Shown here piece after piece: positions 50,167-63,463 of a DNA stretch of 64,000 nucleotides. Source of the DNA: Patellaria atrata CBS 101060 (Eukaryota). Below the pieces are notes generated by a model, which saw nothing but the letters and a program-made list of their open reading frames with translations, did no database searches and was not told where the DNA came from. A program made the translations under genes and the position numbers. How positions within the stretch are numbered: the stretch's first letter is position 1; each line of letters opens with the position of its first letter. The stretch covers positions 3,785 through 67,784 of the forward strand of contig MU006093.1 of the NCBI GenBank assembly GCA_010093705.1, in the 5' to 3' direction.

Positions 50167-53100
50167 GATTGCTGGCTGGGAATGTGCGATCAAAGTCAAA
50201 TGGGTATTATAATCGACTGTGGTTGGGTGGATTGAGGCTGGTCTTGGAAGAAGGAAGACACAGACAAAGGAGGAAAAGGGTTCTTTGAAGTGAGTCGCGT
50301 GAGAAGAAGAGAGGAAGAGTGAGTGGAAGAGAGGGGGGGGGGGGTTGGATATAAAAGATAAGGGAGAACAAAACTGGTGGGGAGACTTGAATTATTTATC
50401 GGATAGAGCAGCGGTGGAAGTCGATAGCCAAGATGTGGTGGCCGAGACGGCGAGACCTGAATGTCGTGGGATTTTTTGACTACTTGTCCCTGAAGAAGCA
50501 AGCTTTGGCAATCAATTTGACGGCAACTGTGGGATTGACGCGGATAGAATCTGGTAGATGCATGCACATACCCAGCGCAGTGATACCTAGAACAACTATA
50601 ACCTCTACTCTCCATCGCCGGCACCGCTTGAGTTAAACCATGTATGTACCTTATTACCTTACCGTAGAGATGCGTTATCAAAGCCTCTTTGTTTGTGTTT
50701 TTGTATCATCATCCATTGTCAGTGAGGGGAGATATCCCTCCAATACCCGCACCAATAGTCATTTTCCGATTTGACACTGCCTTTACAAAACCCGCCTAGA
50801 CCATCTTTGTTTTCCTTTTTCTTTCCGTACTTTTCGCCATCGTACCGTAATTAGTATGGTTAGAACTAGTTGTATTCAGAACCTCAACAATTCCCCGGAT
50901 ATTCTTAGTCCTTGATTCAGCCGCCTAACTCACATACGGTACCTTGTCCCTTATCGGATGAAGTAGGAAAAGTAGAAAGATATTGATAATAACCACTTTA
51001 CTTGACATTCTCGCCGCCTTTTTCTGATCCACAAAACTAAATTCTGACGGAAATATTGATTTTAGCTTGAGATTCGGGGTTCCTACGCTAGGATTGAAAC
51101 CGCTTGTCTGGAAGGAGGTTGTTCATCAAAAGCTGGACAAAGCTGACCTTTGTCGTTTCCACATATCGGCTTCCGAATCCGAAATACCTCAAACCATTAC
51201 GCCGTAATAGCAATGCCGCGGGCGTACTTTTACCGTTACCAATGTTCGGATCTAGACATTTCGAAGCCAAGGAAACAATAAATGCCGATCTTGGCGAGCA
51301 CCTGCATGAAACTGTGCTGTACATCTGATTCTCTCTGACGCAGTTGAAGTGGTGATGGGGTTGAACTCACCACTTACTGTATCGACCCAGAAACCACCAT
51401 CATACTTACAACTGAATATCCAGATCGGTTTAGCTAAAAGCCATTGTCTGTCAAGTCATATCAGCCTTATCAGGATCTTCATGAGATTCTCAGAACATTG
51501 TGGTCTCTGTGCATGAAAAATGCAAGTATGGCGTCAAGGTAGATTGTTTGAAACTCCCCTTCTGAGCGGAATCCTCGAGATTGATTCTTTTCGAGCGGTT
51601 TCTGGTCTGGGCTGATGATGTTTCTTTTCGAAGTCGTCGCTGCAGGTTGTATGCAGTTGGAGAAGTTGACGATGAGGGGTTTTCCTCTTCCCCTCCCCCG
51701 CCATCATCCCATGCGTCCAACCCACGCGAGCACCTTTTTTTGTACCTCAACCTTCAACCTTTTCTCCCACAATACTTCCCTTTTCCATCGTGAGGGAGGA
51801 ACGTGCTGCAACGGACTCCTACTTTGTGCGTGGAATTTAGTAATTCTAAATACCTCTTCACCGACTAAGGAGACGGTTAGTAACAAGTATTTTAATTGAA
51901 AGTATTTGTGCGCCCGTTTCTCCCCGCGATGTCGCCCCCGAGAGCCCCTCCCGAGTTCAACACATGCCTTAGCCCGACGACTGGAAAATTCTAGCGCAGA
52001 TAAGTGGCCGATCCGTCGCACTTCCAAACCAGCCAGATGGCGCAGATTTCAAGGGTTTGACCGTGCCTTATCTCTAGAAAGATTAGCCAATGAATGTGCT
52101 TATTTGCTTTTTTTATGATGATGGAAAATACGTAATCCGGGGCCGCTAATTTCAACGTCTGATTGTGCTGATATCTCTTGTCGTTTCGATCAAGGAGATC
52201 TTTTCGTCCCAACCTAATGGAAGTTCTGACTGTACTTATGCTAAACTCATCCTATCAACAATCAAAATGCTCTTTCAACTCTTGCAAATCAGATACGGTA
52301 CAATGACGACGATAGGTTAGAGCTCTCTCTAGAGTCATCTTATCTTCTCATGGGAGAAAATGGCTTACCTCTCTGTGTGAGAGTCGATTATGCGAGTTTC
52401 CCCTAGCGACCTTCCTTTTTCCAATAAGAACGAAACACGAGCACTCAGAAAGGTTTGAGAAGCCTTGCCCCATAGAGTTACACTTATCAACGTGTTTTTC
52501 TGATGTGTGCGCGGTCGTTCCAACCTTCAATTGTCGTTGGAGGTTGCTGATATTCGTCGCTTCATATGAAGTGACGTCTCAGATCCCACTCGCACGGTGA
52601 CCCTCTACCCCAGATTACAAAGTACCTTGGCCGCCAGACTAACACGCCCTGCACTTGTACCTGCGTCGGTGGCCCGTGTATCGCGTAATATCAGGGGATG
52701 TAGCCTGTAATAAGGGAAATCACGAGTTGATGCGTTACTGCTATGCAGGGCCAAGTCCGGGACGTCCGGACGCTGCCTCGACCCAACTTGTCGTCTCAGC
52801 GTGGGAGATACCGCGTATAGTGTGCTATGTTCGAAGACGCTTATAGAGCTCGACGTTCCGCAAGTGGGGTTCCCCATAGGGGTAGATGTTTGGTAATCAA
52901 ATCTTCAGGAAAGTTTACTGAACAAGCACCCCAAACTTGTCACATTGATGAAAGGTGTGAGATGGGTACAGCAAATGAAGAACCAATGATGAAACTCAAA
53001 CCCCAAGAAATTTGGGGATACTGATTCAAGTTGGAATGGCTAAAGATAGACCTTAGCAGTTAGTAGTGGCACTGACCAAACCAGGGCTTACTTACGCACT

Positions 53101-53871
53101 GAGATATGGACCTGCCCCGTCCTATGTGCATACATATTAACCCCCATTCCCTATATTGTTGAAAAAATGCTTCTTCAAAAATTGCTTTAGGTACGAACAG
53201 CATCACGTGAGCTGAAAGGTTGCTCGGAAGTTTGCAAACAGGGACAGGTAGGACAGACACCATTTCTACCCGAGGCTGCATTCTGAGGTATCCTAATATT
53301 GTTTGCTGGGTGTTCCTTGGGTATCAACCCCTGTTGTTGTCATTTCAATTCTTACTTTACGTCTTCAACCATCGTTCCGGACCTTGATCAGGAAACGGAA
53401 GTAGGTAGATGATGGCAAATAGTTCCAAATTTTCTAACGACCATTACATCTTTAAATCCATCTCTTTTCCGGCAATAACCTCAGTTCAACTTTTTAGTCT
53501 GGAAGCAAGGAGTCCAAATCAAGGGAAGAAGTAGAGCGGTCCCTTTTTCCGCCCTATGGTTGAAGCCGATATCAATGACTCGATTTTGCTTATTGAAATC
53601 GTTTCGCATAGTTTGACATGGGACGACGAATTGAAAGTTTCCAAATACCAGGCCTGCGATGTAAAACAATGCGGATTTTCGTAAAAACACAATGACAACA
53701 ACGTTGTGTTTGTCCATATAGGAAATGGGTTCTCTATTAAACAGTGGGACCGGGACATATTGCACAGCACCTCTTTCTTGCTGATACCGTATCCGCAAAT
53801 CCTTCATTCGTCGAATCCACCACCGGCACTGGTTGTCGACAGAATCCACACTTAGCGTATATATTTCAAAG

Positions 53872-54261
53872 ATGTGTCGAATGGAGAATGTATTTCATCT
53901 CCCTTGTGGACACTGGGGTCGCCAAAGGTTTCTCGGTGAGCCTTGTGTGAGATCTGTCATCTCTGCTGGGAAACGCATGCCTTGCTGGTACCCAGTTACG
54001 GAGGGAATGTTCACCTGTAAAGAGCTATGCATCGGTTGCAAACGTCTTAAATCATATGGTGGAGAGTGGCAGCCGTTCGCCAAGATCTCTCTTAAAGGTT
54101 GGACTCACATCGAGAGGAAAGCAAGCCGGAGGCAATCAAATGCGTCTGTTATCAGTGCTTCTGCGTATGGTGATTTTGTCTTCCCTCCTCGAGATAGGAA
54201 ATACAGCTTAGCCTCTATCTGTTCGCAGGACGGCGGTATTATTGATCATCGAACCGAATGA
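53872..54261 (+). CDS. Small Cys/His-rich hypothetical protein (MC..CGH..C..C..CxxC pattern)
   Basis: ATG 53872 in AAAGATG context; MCRMENVFHLPCGHW...PC...PCW...CKELCIGCK. Confidence 0.5.
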   Translation: MCRMENVFHLPCGHWGRQRFLGEPCVRSVISAGKRMPCWYPVTEGMFTCKELCIGCKRLKSYGGEWQPFAKISLKGWTHIERKASRRQSNASVISASAYGDFVFPPRDRKYSLASICSQDGGIIDHRTE

Positions 54262-55382
54262 GATGGAGTAGTCGGATATATTGAAAGTTTTGGGAAATTC
54301 GGAAATGTAATGAGGGGACCGGAAATGAAGAATGGAGATAAAAATAGGATAGAGCTGAAAGTGCGCCAAACGAAATTTACAGCAACGAGTGAACAGCATT
54401 ACGTTCTCATGGACCTACTGTGATAAAGGTAGTTCATGTATATATCACAAATGCGCTCGCTCGGACCCATAGGCTTGATGTTGGCTACTTCCTGGAGTTT
54501 CAGGTTGGTTGACACAAGAGATGGTGATGTGTTTGATGGATTCCCATCTCTCGTGTTTGAGCTCGACGTTATGCAGATTCATGTAATTAGAATCGCATCT
54601 CAGCTATCCTGTAAACTTATAACGGTAGGAGCAGTTTGCCACCCTGCAAATTTCAAGGTCTGACCTCGTTTATCTTATCAGATCGCGAATCATTTTCTTT
54701 GAACCCCCTCTATCGAATTCCTTCCATCAACATCCCAAAGTTCATCTCGCATCGCAAACGCGAGTGAACAGTTATCAATTTTGTTCAGGGACGGGTCTGC
54801 TGGCTTTTCAGTGGCAATATACCGTGGACGATAAGGTACTGTACCTTAGGAAACCCTTCTCACAGCATCGACATCCATTTATATTTCGTGAAGGCCACCT
54901 AGTCGTCTCGGTTCGGTTCAGTTACGATAACCCGAAGTGGCATTATGTTATCTCCGTTCAGAAATACCTTTATTTTGACTTTATAGCCGTGGGAACACCT
55001 CGGTATCGCCTCAGCAGTTCACTTTACCGCGCCCCGTAAACGCCGTTATTCAAGAAGGACCTTAAGTATCTTAAAACTTTCATTGCGGTTCCCTCTTTTT
55101 CTTTTCCCAAGGGCAAGCACCCAAGCTCACGAAAGTTGAACAAAGAAGCTCCTTGTTTTATTACTATTAGTCTGAAGAATAATCAGGTCTAATGATTGTC
55201 ACTCCCAGGTCTCTTTGTTGTATTCAATTATCGAGACTGTCTGAGCTTCACCAGCTTCAAGATCCATATATCTATGTACAGTCTCCATTATCTCCATTTA
55301 CATGTAATCCAATGTCAATCAACGAATCTACGAATTTGCGAATCCAAAAAACCATACGAATAGAATCCAGCTTCAACTAAAT

Positions 55383-55766
55383 ATGCGTTTCGGTAGCACA
55401 ACCCCCATTTTTCTCACATCCACTGTCGCTGTATCGGCTTTCTACCCTATCCCCACCCCTCTAATCACTATTCCCTCCCCCATCGCGTCAATTCTGTCCT
55501 CTAGATCCTCGAGCGACTCCTCAACTACCAATACCAGTACACCCGTCCTAAAGACTGGCATCACAGCCTCCTTCAATGTCAATCCAGATGGTTCTCTTGG
55601 AATTCGTGCCGATATCAATATCTCCGACGCTGATATCTCTGCCTTAATCAAGCTCATCGTTGCTCATCTGGACGATATTTATTTGCAGAGTCTCGACCTA
55701 GCGGGGTTGCTTAGCGCTTTGGGGACGGATATGTTAGGTATGCTGGGGAATATATTGGGAAAATAG
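55383..55766 (+). CDS. Small putatively secreted S/T-rich hypothetical protein, 127 aa
   Basis: N-terminal MRFGSTTPIFLTSTVAVSA signal-like segment; amphipathic Leu-rich C-terminus. Confidence 0.55.
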   Translation: MRFGSTTPIFLTSTVAVSAFYPIPTPLITIPSPIASILSSRSSSDSSTTNTSTPVLKTGITASFNVNPDGSLGIRADINISDADISALIKLIVAHLDDIYLQSLDLAGLLSALGTDMLGMLGNILGK

Positions 55767-56356
55767 TTGAATAATATTGGTGAAGAAGAGGAACTGTAAG
55801 TGGCGACGGAAAACTAATTTGTGTGTTGTAGTAGGTTTTGCATGTGACCGTAAGTAAATAAAGAGCCAATAGTGGCAGTTAGTTTGTTATGACACTCTAT
55901 TAAGGTTACGGTAAGACTTATTTGAATTAGTCAGTTGATGCAAATGTGAAGTGTTCTACAAAAAAATGACTATGGACAACGTTGATATATATACCCGCTC
56001 CTCCCCTCTTTTACTATCTCTACTCTCCACATAACCTTCCCATCTACAACCTCCTCGAAGGCGCTACAGCTCAAAATTCAAGATCCATAGGTCTCTAGTA
56101 AGTAAATACGTAAGCAGTCATTCCTAGACACCCAAGCTCAACATTCAAAAAGTCTTCCGGTGGCCGAAGTTCGATCACCAGATGTCTTTCATGACGAACG
56201 AGAGGATACGGAAGAGACAAGGATGAATCTGCCGGGCACAGTAAGCAAGCACGTCACCTAGTACATAAAGTAGATACTAACATACACATGTAGGAAGGGC
56301 AATCATCAGGAATAAAAACCAGTGATCTCACGCTCCTGGATTTGCCCAAAGTGCCA

Positions 56357-57014
56357 ATGACATTTCCATTCCTCAAGTTACCGATAGAACTACGCATTGA
56401 AATTTACAAGCTTCTACTCCAACAACAAGCTCGAATTGACGTCGTGCAGGTTTAATGGATACTATCGTGGGGAGGCAACAACCGGTTTTGGTGATACAAA
56501 AACGAAGCGAATGTTCAAGCGAATCCCTGGAGATTTTACGGTTGCTGAAGTCAGCCGCCAAATTAGGAGAGAAGCGCTACCTATTTTCTTCAAGGACACT
56601 ATGTTTATATTTAACAATGGGTTTGACCTCCGCTGGTTCCTAAGATATACTCCAAGCGCGGCAAGACACTTGCGAGTCATAGCAATTAAGCGTTTGGATA
56701 CTCACATCTCCTGTCTAGACCACGCTTTGCAGACTTTGGTCTCGCTGGATCGAATCCATGTTCCACTGATCTATATACGCAAGAGGAAAGAAAATGCCAC
56801 GTATGTAGCTCCGAAGATTAAACTACGACTAAAAGCTACTTTTGATAAGATATGCCAGCGACGTCAAGAGATGGGCTGTTCTGTAACCGAACTTCTTTCG
56901 TTCCGCGATGCGCTCTGGTTCCGCGACGTGCTGCGGTTTCGCGAGACAATAGCTCTCGCACTCCAAACTGAGGAAGTAGAGGATTCTACAGAGTTCTTGG
57001 GGACATTGCTTTAA
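56357..57014 (+). pseudogene. Frameshifted F-box-like (FLxLPxELR) fungal protein
   Basis: MTFPFLKLPIELRIEIYKLLL frame stops at 56453-56455; partner motif VSRQIRREALPIFF lies in another frame (56397 ORF); upstream exons likely. Confidence 0.55.
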
Positions 57015-57831
57015 GACCGGAAAAGAGACAAGCATTGGACAAGAAAATGGGGCTTGAGGGTCTAACACAGGCACAACAGCCGCCCTAGAGGTTGATAGGT
57101 TGTGATATAAGGTTTCAGCACGTTGAGCAAATCGAAGAATTCCACTTCACATTCTATTTCGGGATTCTGTAATGCAACGAGAACTTAGTTAGGTTGGCTT
57201 TAGAATCAAGTATTCCTCTCACTCTCAGCAAGCTAGTCAAATACAGTCTCAATACAAGCTCTATCACCAATTCGCAGTTTTCCTTGACCTCCCTTTGCAC
57301 CTTCTCTATCAGGACGCTACCAGTTCAAGTTTCAGCTTCACTATACAGTTCGACTGGAGATCCTCGTTGGAGTTAAATATTGAAAAGTTGCAATCATCCA
57401 TGACATGCACGAAAAACAGAACACGATAACTTGACCCCTCCATCCCATCCCTCTCAATCACTGAACCGTAAAGGGCCCAAAAGCTTACTTTTACACCGTC
57501 TCACTATCCCTTCTTAATATAGCATGTGCGGGAGATAATGAGCCAGCCGGGCCATACCAGTTTCTCCTGTACATCCTCATCCTCCAACACTATCCTTTTC
57601 TTTCAGACGTTGGCGATGGATTTGATCGGATTGGTGTCAAAATCTAAACCTGACTAGTCTTTCTAGGAAGGAGAAGTATACGAAAGCTCAATATCATTCA
57701 CATATTGCATACAACTTAAAGGCATCGTATTGATTGGATACCTGCCTGTGATCTTCCCGAGCAAGAAAGAGCTCATGATGTCTGACAAGCAGCGCAAACG
57801 GACAATTCCAACTCAACAACTACACCAGCCC

Positions 57832-58257
57832 TCAACAATTCGGCGTAAAGGTGCACCCGATGACTACCTTATTAAAGCCACCAGTATCAGGGTTATCGTA
57901 CGGACTAAAGCAGATCCGGTTCCCGACCGCACTTCTCCCGTTGCAAAGCCTGAGGCAGCAACCAGTGCCGGTGGCTATCCGGAAAGAAACACTGTAGAAG
58001 AGCGGTTAGTCTATCTAGGTTGCTCAAGTAGAGCTCCGGACTGGTTGAGTACCTGTTAGCAGTGAAACCCACGTTGAAGGTCCCCTCGTAGCTAAAGGGT
58101 TTGGCCGTCCCTGTGTACCTGGCGCCATCGCTGAAGAGTATTATGATCAGTTTCTTATATAAAACGCGGCGAAGAGGAGCACTGACTAGGCGATGGCACC
58201 GACCTGGGCGTTGGTAACAGTGGCAAGACCGAGGCCGAGTAGAGCGGTGAATTTCAT
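57832..58257 (-). CDS. Small secreted Cys-rich protein, 102 aa (not in ORF track); exons 58257-58187, 58130-58053, 57991-57832
   Basis: Two GT-AG introns with CTGAT/CTAAC branch sites give the open frame MKFTALLGLGLATVTNAQVGAIAYDGARYTGTAKPFSYEGTFNVGFTANSVSFRIATGTGCCLRLCNGRSAVGNRICFSPYDNPDTGGFNKVVIGCTFTPNC*. Confidence 0.8.
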
Positions 58258-59538
58258 GTTAGAGAAGTCTCTTGCAGAAGATCAAGAAAGGCTTTTGACG
58301 ATAAAGGACTCCTTTGCTGAGTATGAAGAAGGTGGATAGGAAAGCCTGGGATAGATCGAGACATCTTCAGGGTAGTTTCTAGACCATATTATACACCTTC
58401 CGTAAGAGAAGCCGATCTGGCTATCAATATTTCTCTTATACTTCATCAACTGAATGCGAAAAATGCGGAACGTTTGTTCCTCTGTTCCTCTATTTCCGGG
58501 ACCGTATGCTGGAAGCTTTAGTCCATTTCTTGGGAAGCATCCCAGTTGTCGTTAGAGTTCGGGATGCAATGCGAAAGTAAATTAGGGAGGCTGGTTATAC
58601 TAGCACAAGAACTATCTAGATATGCAACTGATGTCCAGATCCTAGAATCATCAACAAGCCTTCCAAAAATATGATTTGACCGTCCGCAAGGAAACCAAGA
58701 TCCGGGTATGGATGGAAGAGAATACTTTTGACAATACTGTATCACCCAGTAAGTGGTGACTAGAATGATAGTTCCAAGAAGAGGGGAGCATCCGTCTAAG
58801 AATGGTGGTCTAGCCGTACGGTCAATTTTTGTACTGTAGCTTCGTCAGGTAGAGAGAAGCGGAAGAGGGTATTTGTTTTCAATATTCCTTCTACACTCAA
58901 CACTAATAAAGTATTGTCTACCAAGTTCTTTTACAGTGATTTGATTCTCAACCAATCCTCTGCACATACTCTATCCAACCATTCATAAACTCCTGCGCTG
59001 GGTTACGATTCACGGGTTGCTGGGCCATTGTGCTTCGATCCAACCCCGCTCCTGCTATGTAACCTCATGCGCAGCAATGAATCGTAGCATCTTCCCCTGT
59101 ACCTAGGCCCCAGATACGGAGGATAAGCGAATAGATCCCTTGAACACAGCAGCATCAAACTGGGGTGAGTTCGTCGGACATCGGTTTCTGATATCTGAAA
59201 TTGGTGGAACCTAGTTGCAGAAAAGATCATCCCTTTGGTCTGTCTAGGACTAAGCACATATACAACAAAACCTGCGCAACGAAATGTTATATATCAGGAT
59301 GAGAAGTCGTCGATATCCAGGTTTCAAGCCAAGAGATTAGATCTGTACCGATGGAGCATGACGCTAACCTGTTCTGGTCAATATCAAGATTCTTGGAGGT
59401 AGGACAGTATGTACAGTACAATTGACATAATATTCTTCAAAGCCATCTATGAGCTATGCAATTGGATTGTCTAGTACCATACACTCCTTCAAGCTCAGAA
59501 TGGGCTAAAGTACAAGGACTATCAGTACTATACATCTC

Positions 59539-60691
59539 CTACCACGCAGTATGCCCGCCATCAATCACCAAGTTATTGGCAGTCATAAAACTACTCGCCC
59601 GACTCAACATAAACAGTGCCGCGCCCTTAAACTCCTCGGGCTTACTGAGCCTGCCTAACATATTCTCCTTCTCCCACAACTCTTTCAGCCCCGGGTCATC
59701 CTCGAAATTCTTCTCCACCATCGGCGTCACGATATGTCCTGGACTCAGACTATTAACCCTGATCCCCCCCTCGCCCGTCTTGGGATCCACTCGGCCCCAC
59801 TCCATCGCCAAATTGCGCGTTAACTGGAGAACTGCCGCCTTGGAAGAGTTGTACACGGGTGAAATCAGTCCTTTGTTCGCGACTAAACCTGACATCGATC
59901 CGATCAACACCATACTGCCGCGCTTCTTGTACTTGAACATGGCGCGTGCGCATGCGGTCGCGGTCAAGAAGACGCCCGTATAGTTGATACTGAGCATATC
60001 TGCGATGTCTTCTGGCGGATAATTCACCGCATCGCATACTTTCTGCACACCTGCTGCCGCGATCAGGCCGTCGATGCCGTTATGTTCGTCTGCGATGGAC
60101 ATGATTACGGAGTTGAGGTTGGAGCTGTCGCGCACATCGACTTGCTTGTAGGAGAGAGATCCCCCAAACTCTGGGAGTATCCGACTCTCCGCTTCACGAT
60201 ATTCCTGATTAGGTTTGGGAAGCCGGTCGAGGCAGTAAACTGGAAAAGAGTGAGAAGGGATGGGGAGGGGATTTGGGAAGTAACTCACCTTTTCCTCCAG
60301 ATTCCACGAGTCCTTCTGCAAGGCAGAGGCCTAAGCCTTGCGCACCGCCTATCAAACCATTTATTACTCTTGTCCGTACGAGGTTACTTCAGTTTTCTGT
60401 ACCTGTGACAATATAGACCCCGCCTTTTAAATCAAAGTCGCGGAGCCTTTTACTGCCAACGTTCTCTCGATCATGGTTGTGGCGCTTTTGCTGCAATTGC
60501 GATAGTAGAAGAGTATTCTGTACGGATATGATTCCTGTAGCCGGTAACTGTGGATAATCCTTCGAGAAGTATGGGGAAAGCTGTCGTCTCGTAGCGGAAG
60601 AGACACATCGTATGCTCCTTTTGCTCCCTAACGCCCTAGTGCTACTTGGTGTAAAGCGCAAAACAGTTCCAAACGTGGAAAACATATTCAT
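59539..60691 (-). CDS. Short-chain dehydrogenase/reductase (polyol dehydrogenase-like) with probable mitochondrial presequence; introns 60402-60349 and 60288-60240
   Basis: Spliced TGGAQGLG, IGSMSG, YNSSK, IRVNSLSPG, DGGHTAW. Confidence 0.9.
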
Positions 60692-61160
60692 GGCGTACTT
60701 TTGAGAATGTTCTCTTTCTAATTCCTTCAATTGACCTTATATACAACTCTTTCTGGGATTGCAATGTGGTTGAAGGGTGATGTAAGGGTTATATATTGTG
60801 TAGATTTGTCCATCCTCCCTGTAGCTAAAGTAGTGTAAGTGCAATTAGAAAGGCGTCAGCCACGGGTATGCGGCTTGTTGCTTAGTAGGTACAGTACGAT
60901 AATATCGGCGTACAATTGAAGTTGGTAATTTTCCAAGATTCGTTTTCGATCGACACTGAGCCGTCCCAGAAAGCGTCCCCACGTAGAACTAATATGTCAT
61001 AATTCGGACATTTATTATAGAATCTTATCGAATGATTTTAGATAACTTATATCATGTATATTGTATACAGCCTTGAATCTTTTCGAACTTTACAATGCCA
61101 CGGTCATGGGAAATCATGGTCACCATATGTACAGTAAATATTGCTAAACACTAACAATAT

Positions 61161-62207
61161 CTAGGTATCGAAGTTTTTAACATCGGGCATTCTCCCAAGC
61201 CCGCCTCCACCAATTCCTTGTAGGCTCTGATTAAGTGACTTTCCCTCCACCTTTACCTCTGCTTCTTGCACACCACCAGCACTACGGTCTTTGACATGCT
61301 GCCTTAGCATTGCTAGGATTTGAGAATTCTTCCACCTAGATGGTACAGGTCGGTATGCAGGCTTAAATGTACCAACTGTTTGGGCCCATTCGCCAGATTT
61401 GGGTTGACCACTTGCCCAGGAATCTTTCTGAGGAGCATCTTTACCTTGAGCACTCGGTGTTGCCAACTTTGGGCCTGCACCTTCTGCATACTCAGCAGAA
61501 GTTGGTGGTGGTTCCTGAGTAGCCCAGTAGTATATATCCCAATCATTCTCGTCGAGAAATAAATCGTACTGCTGTAAGAGTTCGGGGTTCATTGCTGCAA
61601 GATTCGTATCGGCAAAGGTGGAGAGGAGAAGATCACTTTCGAGGGTTCCCCTCTTGCGACTCTGATCTGTGGAATCGAACTTGTATCAGCACAACCCTCA
61701 GTTTGACAAGAAATAACACTTCAACAACGGACATAATAACCTCGCTCGTTGGGTGTTAGCATCCTCGCCTGTCCTCCGAATCGGCTCAACCTTGAACTTT
61801 CCACCTTCAATTTCCCCAACTTCGAGTTCTGCATTTGCCCCTCCCTCTGGGTTAGGTTTTTGCGTCCCTCCGGTCATCTTCGCTGTATTCTCAGGTTCGG
61901 AATCTTTAGGAATAAACTTTCCGTCGACGGCGCTGATGAGCTCTGGTGGAGGACTATCCTCTCCCAAGCTAGGCATCTCGTTTGCGATGGTAGAGTTGGA
62001 ACTCGTCATATGCGGATTCAGTGCCTTTTCCATCTGATGCTTGCGGTATTCAACGGTTGTATCATTGCCCCTTTTATTAAGTGCTTCAAAATTGTTGAGC
62101 TCTGTCTCTTCTTTCTCTTTGAAGCGTCTTGTGGAGGTGCTGAAAGGTCGTCGGGAAACAGAACAAAGTGCTCGCGATGAGCGAAGAGCAATTCGGACTG
62201 AGGCCAT
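61161..62207 (-). CDS. SDH5: Succinate dehydrogenase assembly factor 2 (flavinylation factor); intron 61732-61667
   Basis: Spliced [23 protein letters not shown] and [17 protein letters not shown]; mitochondrial-type N-terminus. Confidence 0.93.
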
Positions 62208-62678
62208 GACTTGAATAGGTGGAGATTCTTGAGCAATAGGGATATTTAGATGAACTGATGTACTAATCTCAACTCTACTGTAGCTCAATTGGAATTTGAA
62301 AGTATGAGTGAGATGATCTCATAGACCGCAAAAGTGCGCTAGAGCCAATCTCAAGCTCCTCTCCGCCAAGGCCATCATGACTCTCGATTTTTACGACTAT
62401 AACTCATCCCTATTACAAAAACATCTACATTGGATACTAAGTGACTGTCACAGTCAATCCTCTAAGATGAACACAGTTTCAACACTGGAGAAATGGTTAT
62501 TCGCAGTGACTCCCCACGTGCTCCCACAGCACGCATGTCGGAAAACGGCTTCTTACATATCAAAGGTTGACTCGTATCTCTAATAACAGCTGAATACTTA
62601 TTATACTCGTAATATAAAGATACTTTCAATATTTGCCCAGATTCTGTACTTCCATTCAGTCTATTTAGTCCACTCCTG

Positions 62679-63162
62679 CATTCTTCCACCCGTCACATCT
62701 GTTTGCGGAATGTACCTCCATACCGAATGGTTGGGACAAAGCATTGTGAGAAGTCGATACGCTTCCCCTCTTTCCACTATCAAACTCTCCATAAGTGAAC
62801 TCTTTGCCGAAGTCTATTTTGAAATTTTAACTCTACGAGTTCCGAGTTCCTTCTCAATTTCAGGAACTACCCGCCGTTCATTTCGTACTCAAGAGCTGGG
62901 ACACTGGGATATCTCAGATATCAAGAGAGCCGAAAAGATTTTCCACGCGTGTATATCACTCGTAGGAGTATTCCATTGGTGGTTGGGCTATACATTCCTC
63001 ATGAATTACTGCAAGCAGAATTCACAACCAGCCTCTCAAAGAAGGCATGGCTAAGTTCTTTCAATTCGGGTTTCTGTCGTGTGTAAAATGCCCCAACACT
63101 GAAAAGTTACCAATGTCTACCTCGTCGACGCTTACCCAGGTTGAATATCCCGATCACATTCC
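62679..63162 (+). promoter_or_regulatory. Four CATTCY (AbaA/TEA-type) sites upstream of the wetA-like gene
   Basis: CATTCT 62679, GGAATG 62707, CATTCC 62993, CATTCC 63157. Confidence 0.4.
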
Positions 63163-63463
63163 GGGGTAGTCCTATACTTGGGCATTTCGAACTCAAGATG
63201 GCTGGTAATGCTATACCCAAGTCAGAGACATAAGTATATAATTCGTGACGCTTGTTTCTTTTCCCCATCTCGCATAGTCCCAAACCTTCCTGCATTGCAT
63301 TTGCATAGACGACCTGCACGTTCTCTGCAAGGTACTCTTTGAAATACTACCTACCGGAACACCCCCCACCCAGCCTTACAGAACTCTCACTCCACAGTAA
63401 CTCTACAGCCAATTGACTGTTTGTTTCCAATCGGTGGAAACAAACTCCAGTCTAGCCTATCCA

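Noticed and set aside
59539..62207. Functional mitochondrial gene cluster (SDR plus SDH5)
   Set aside because: Only shared presequence-like N-termini; adjacency explainable by chance
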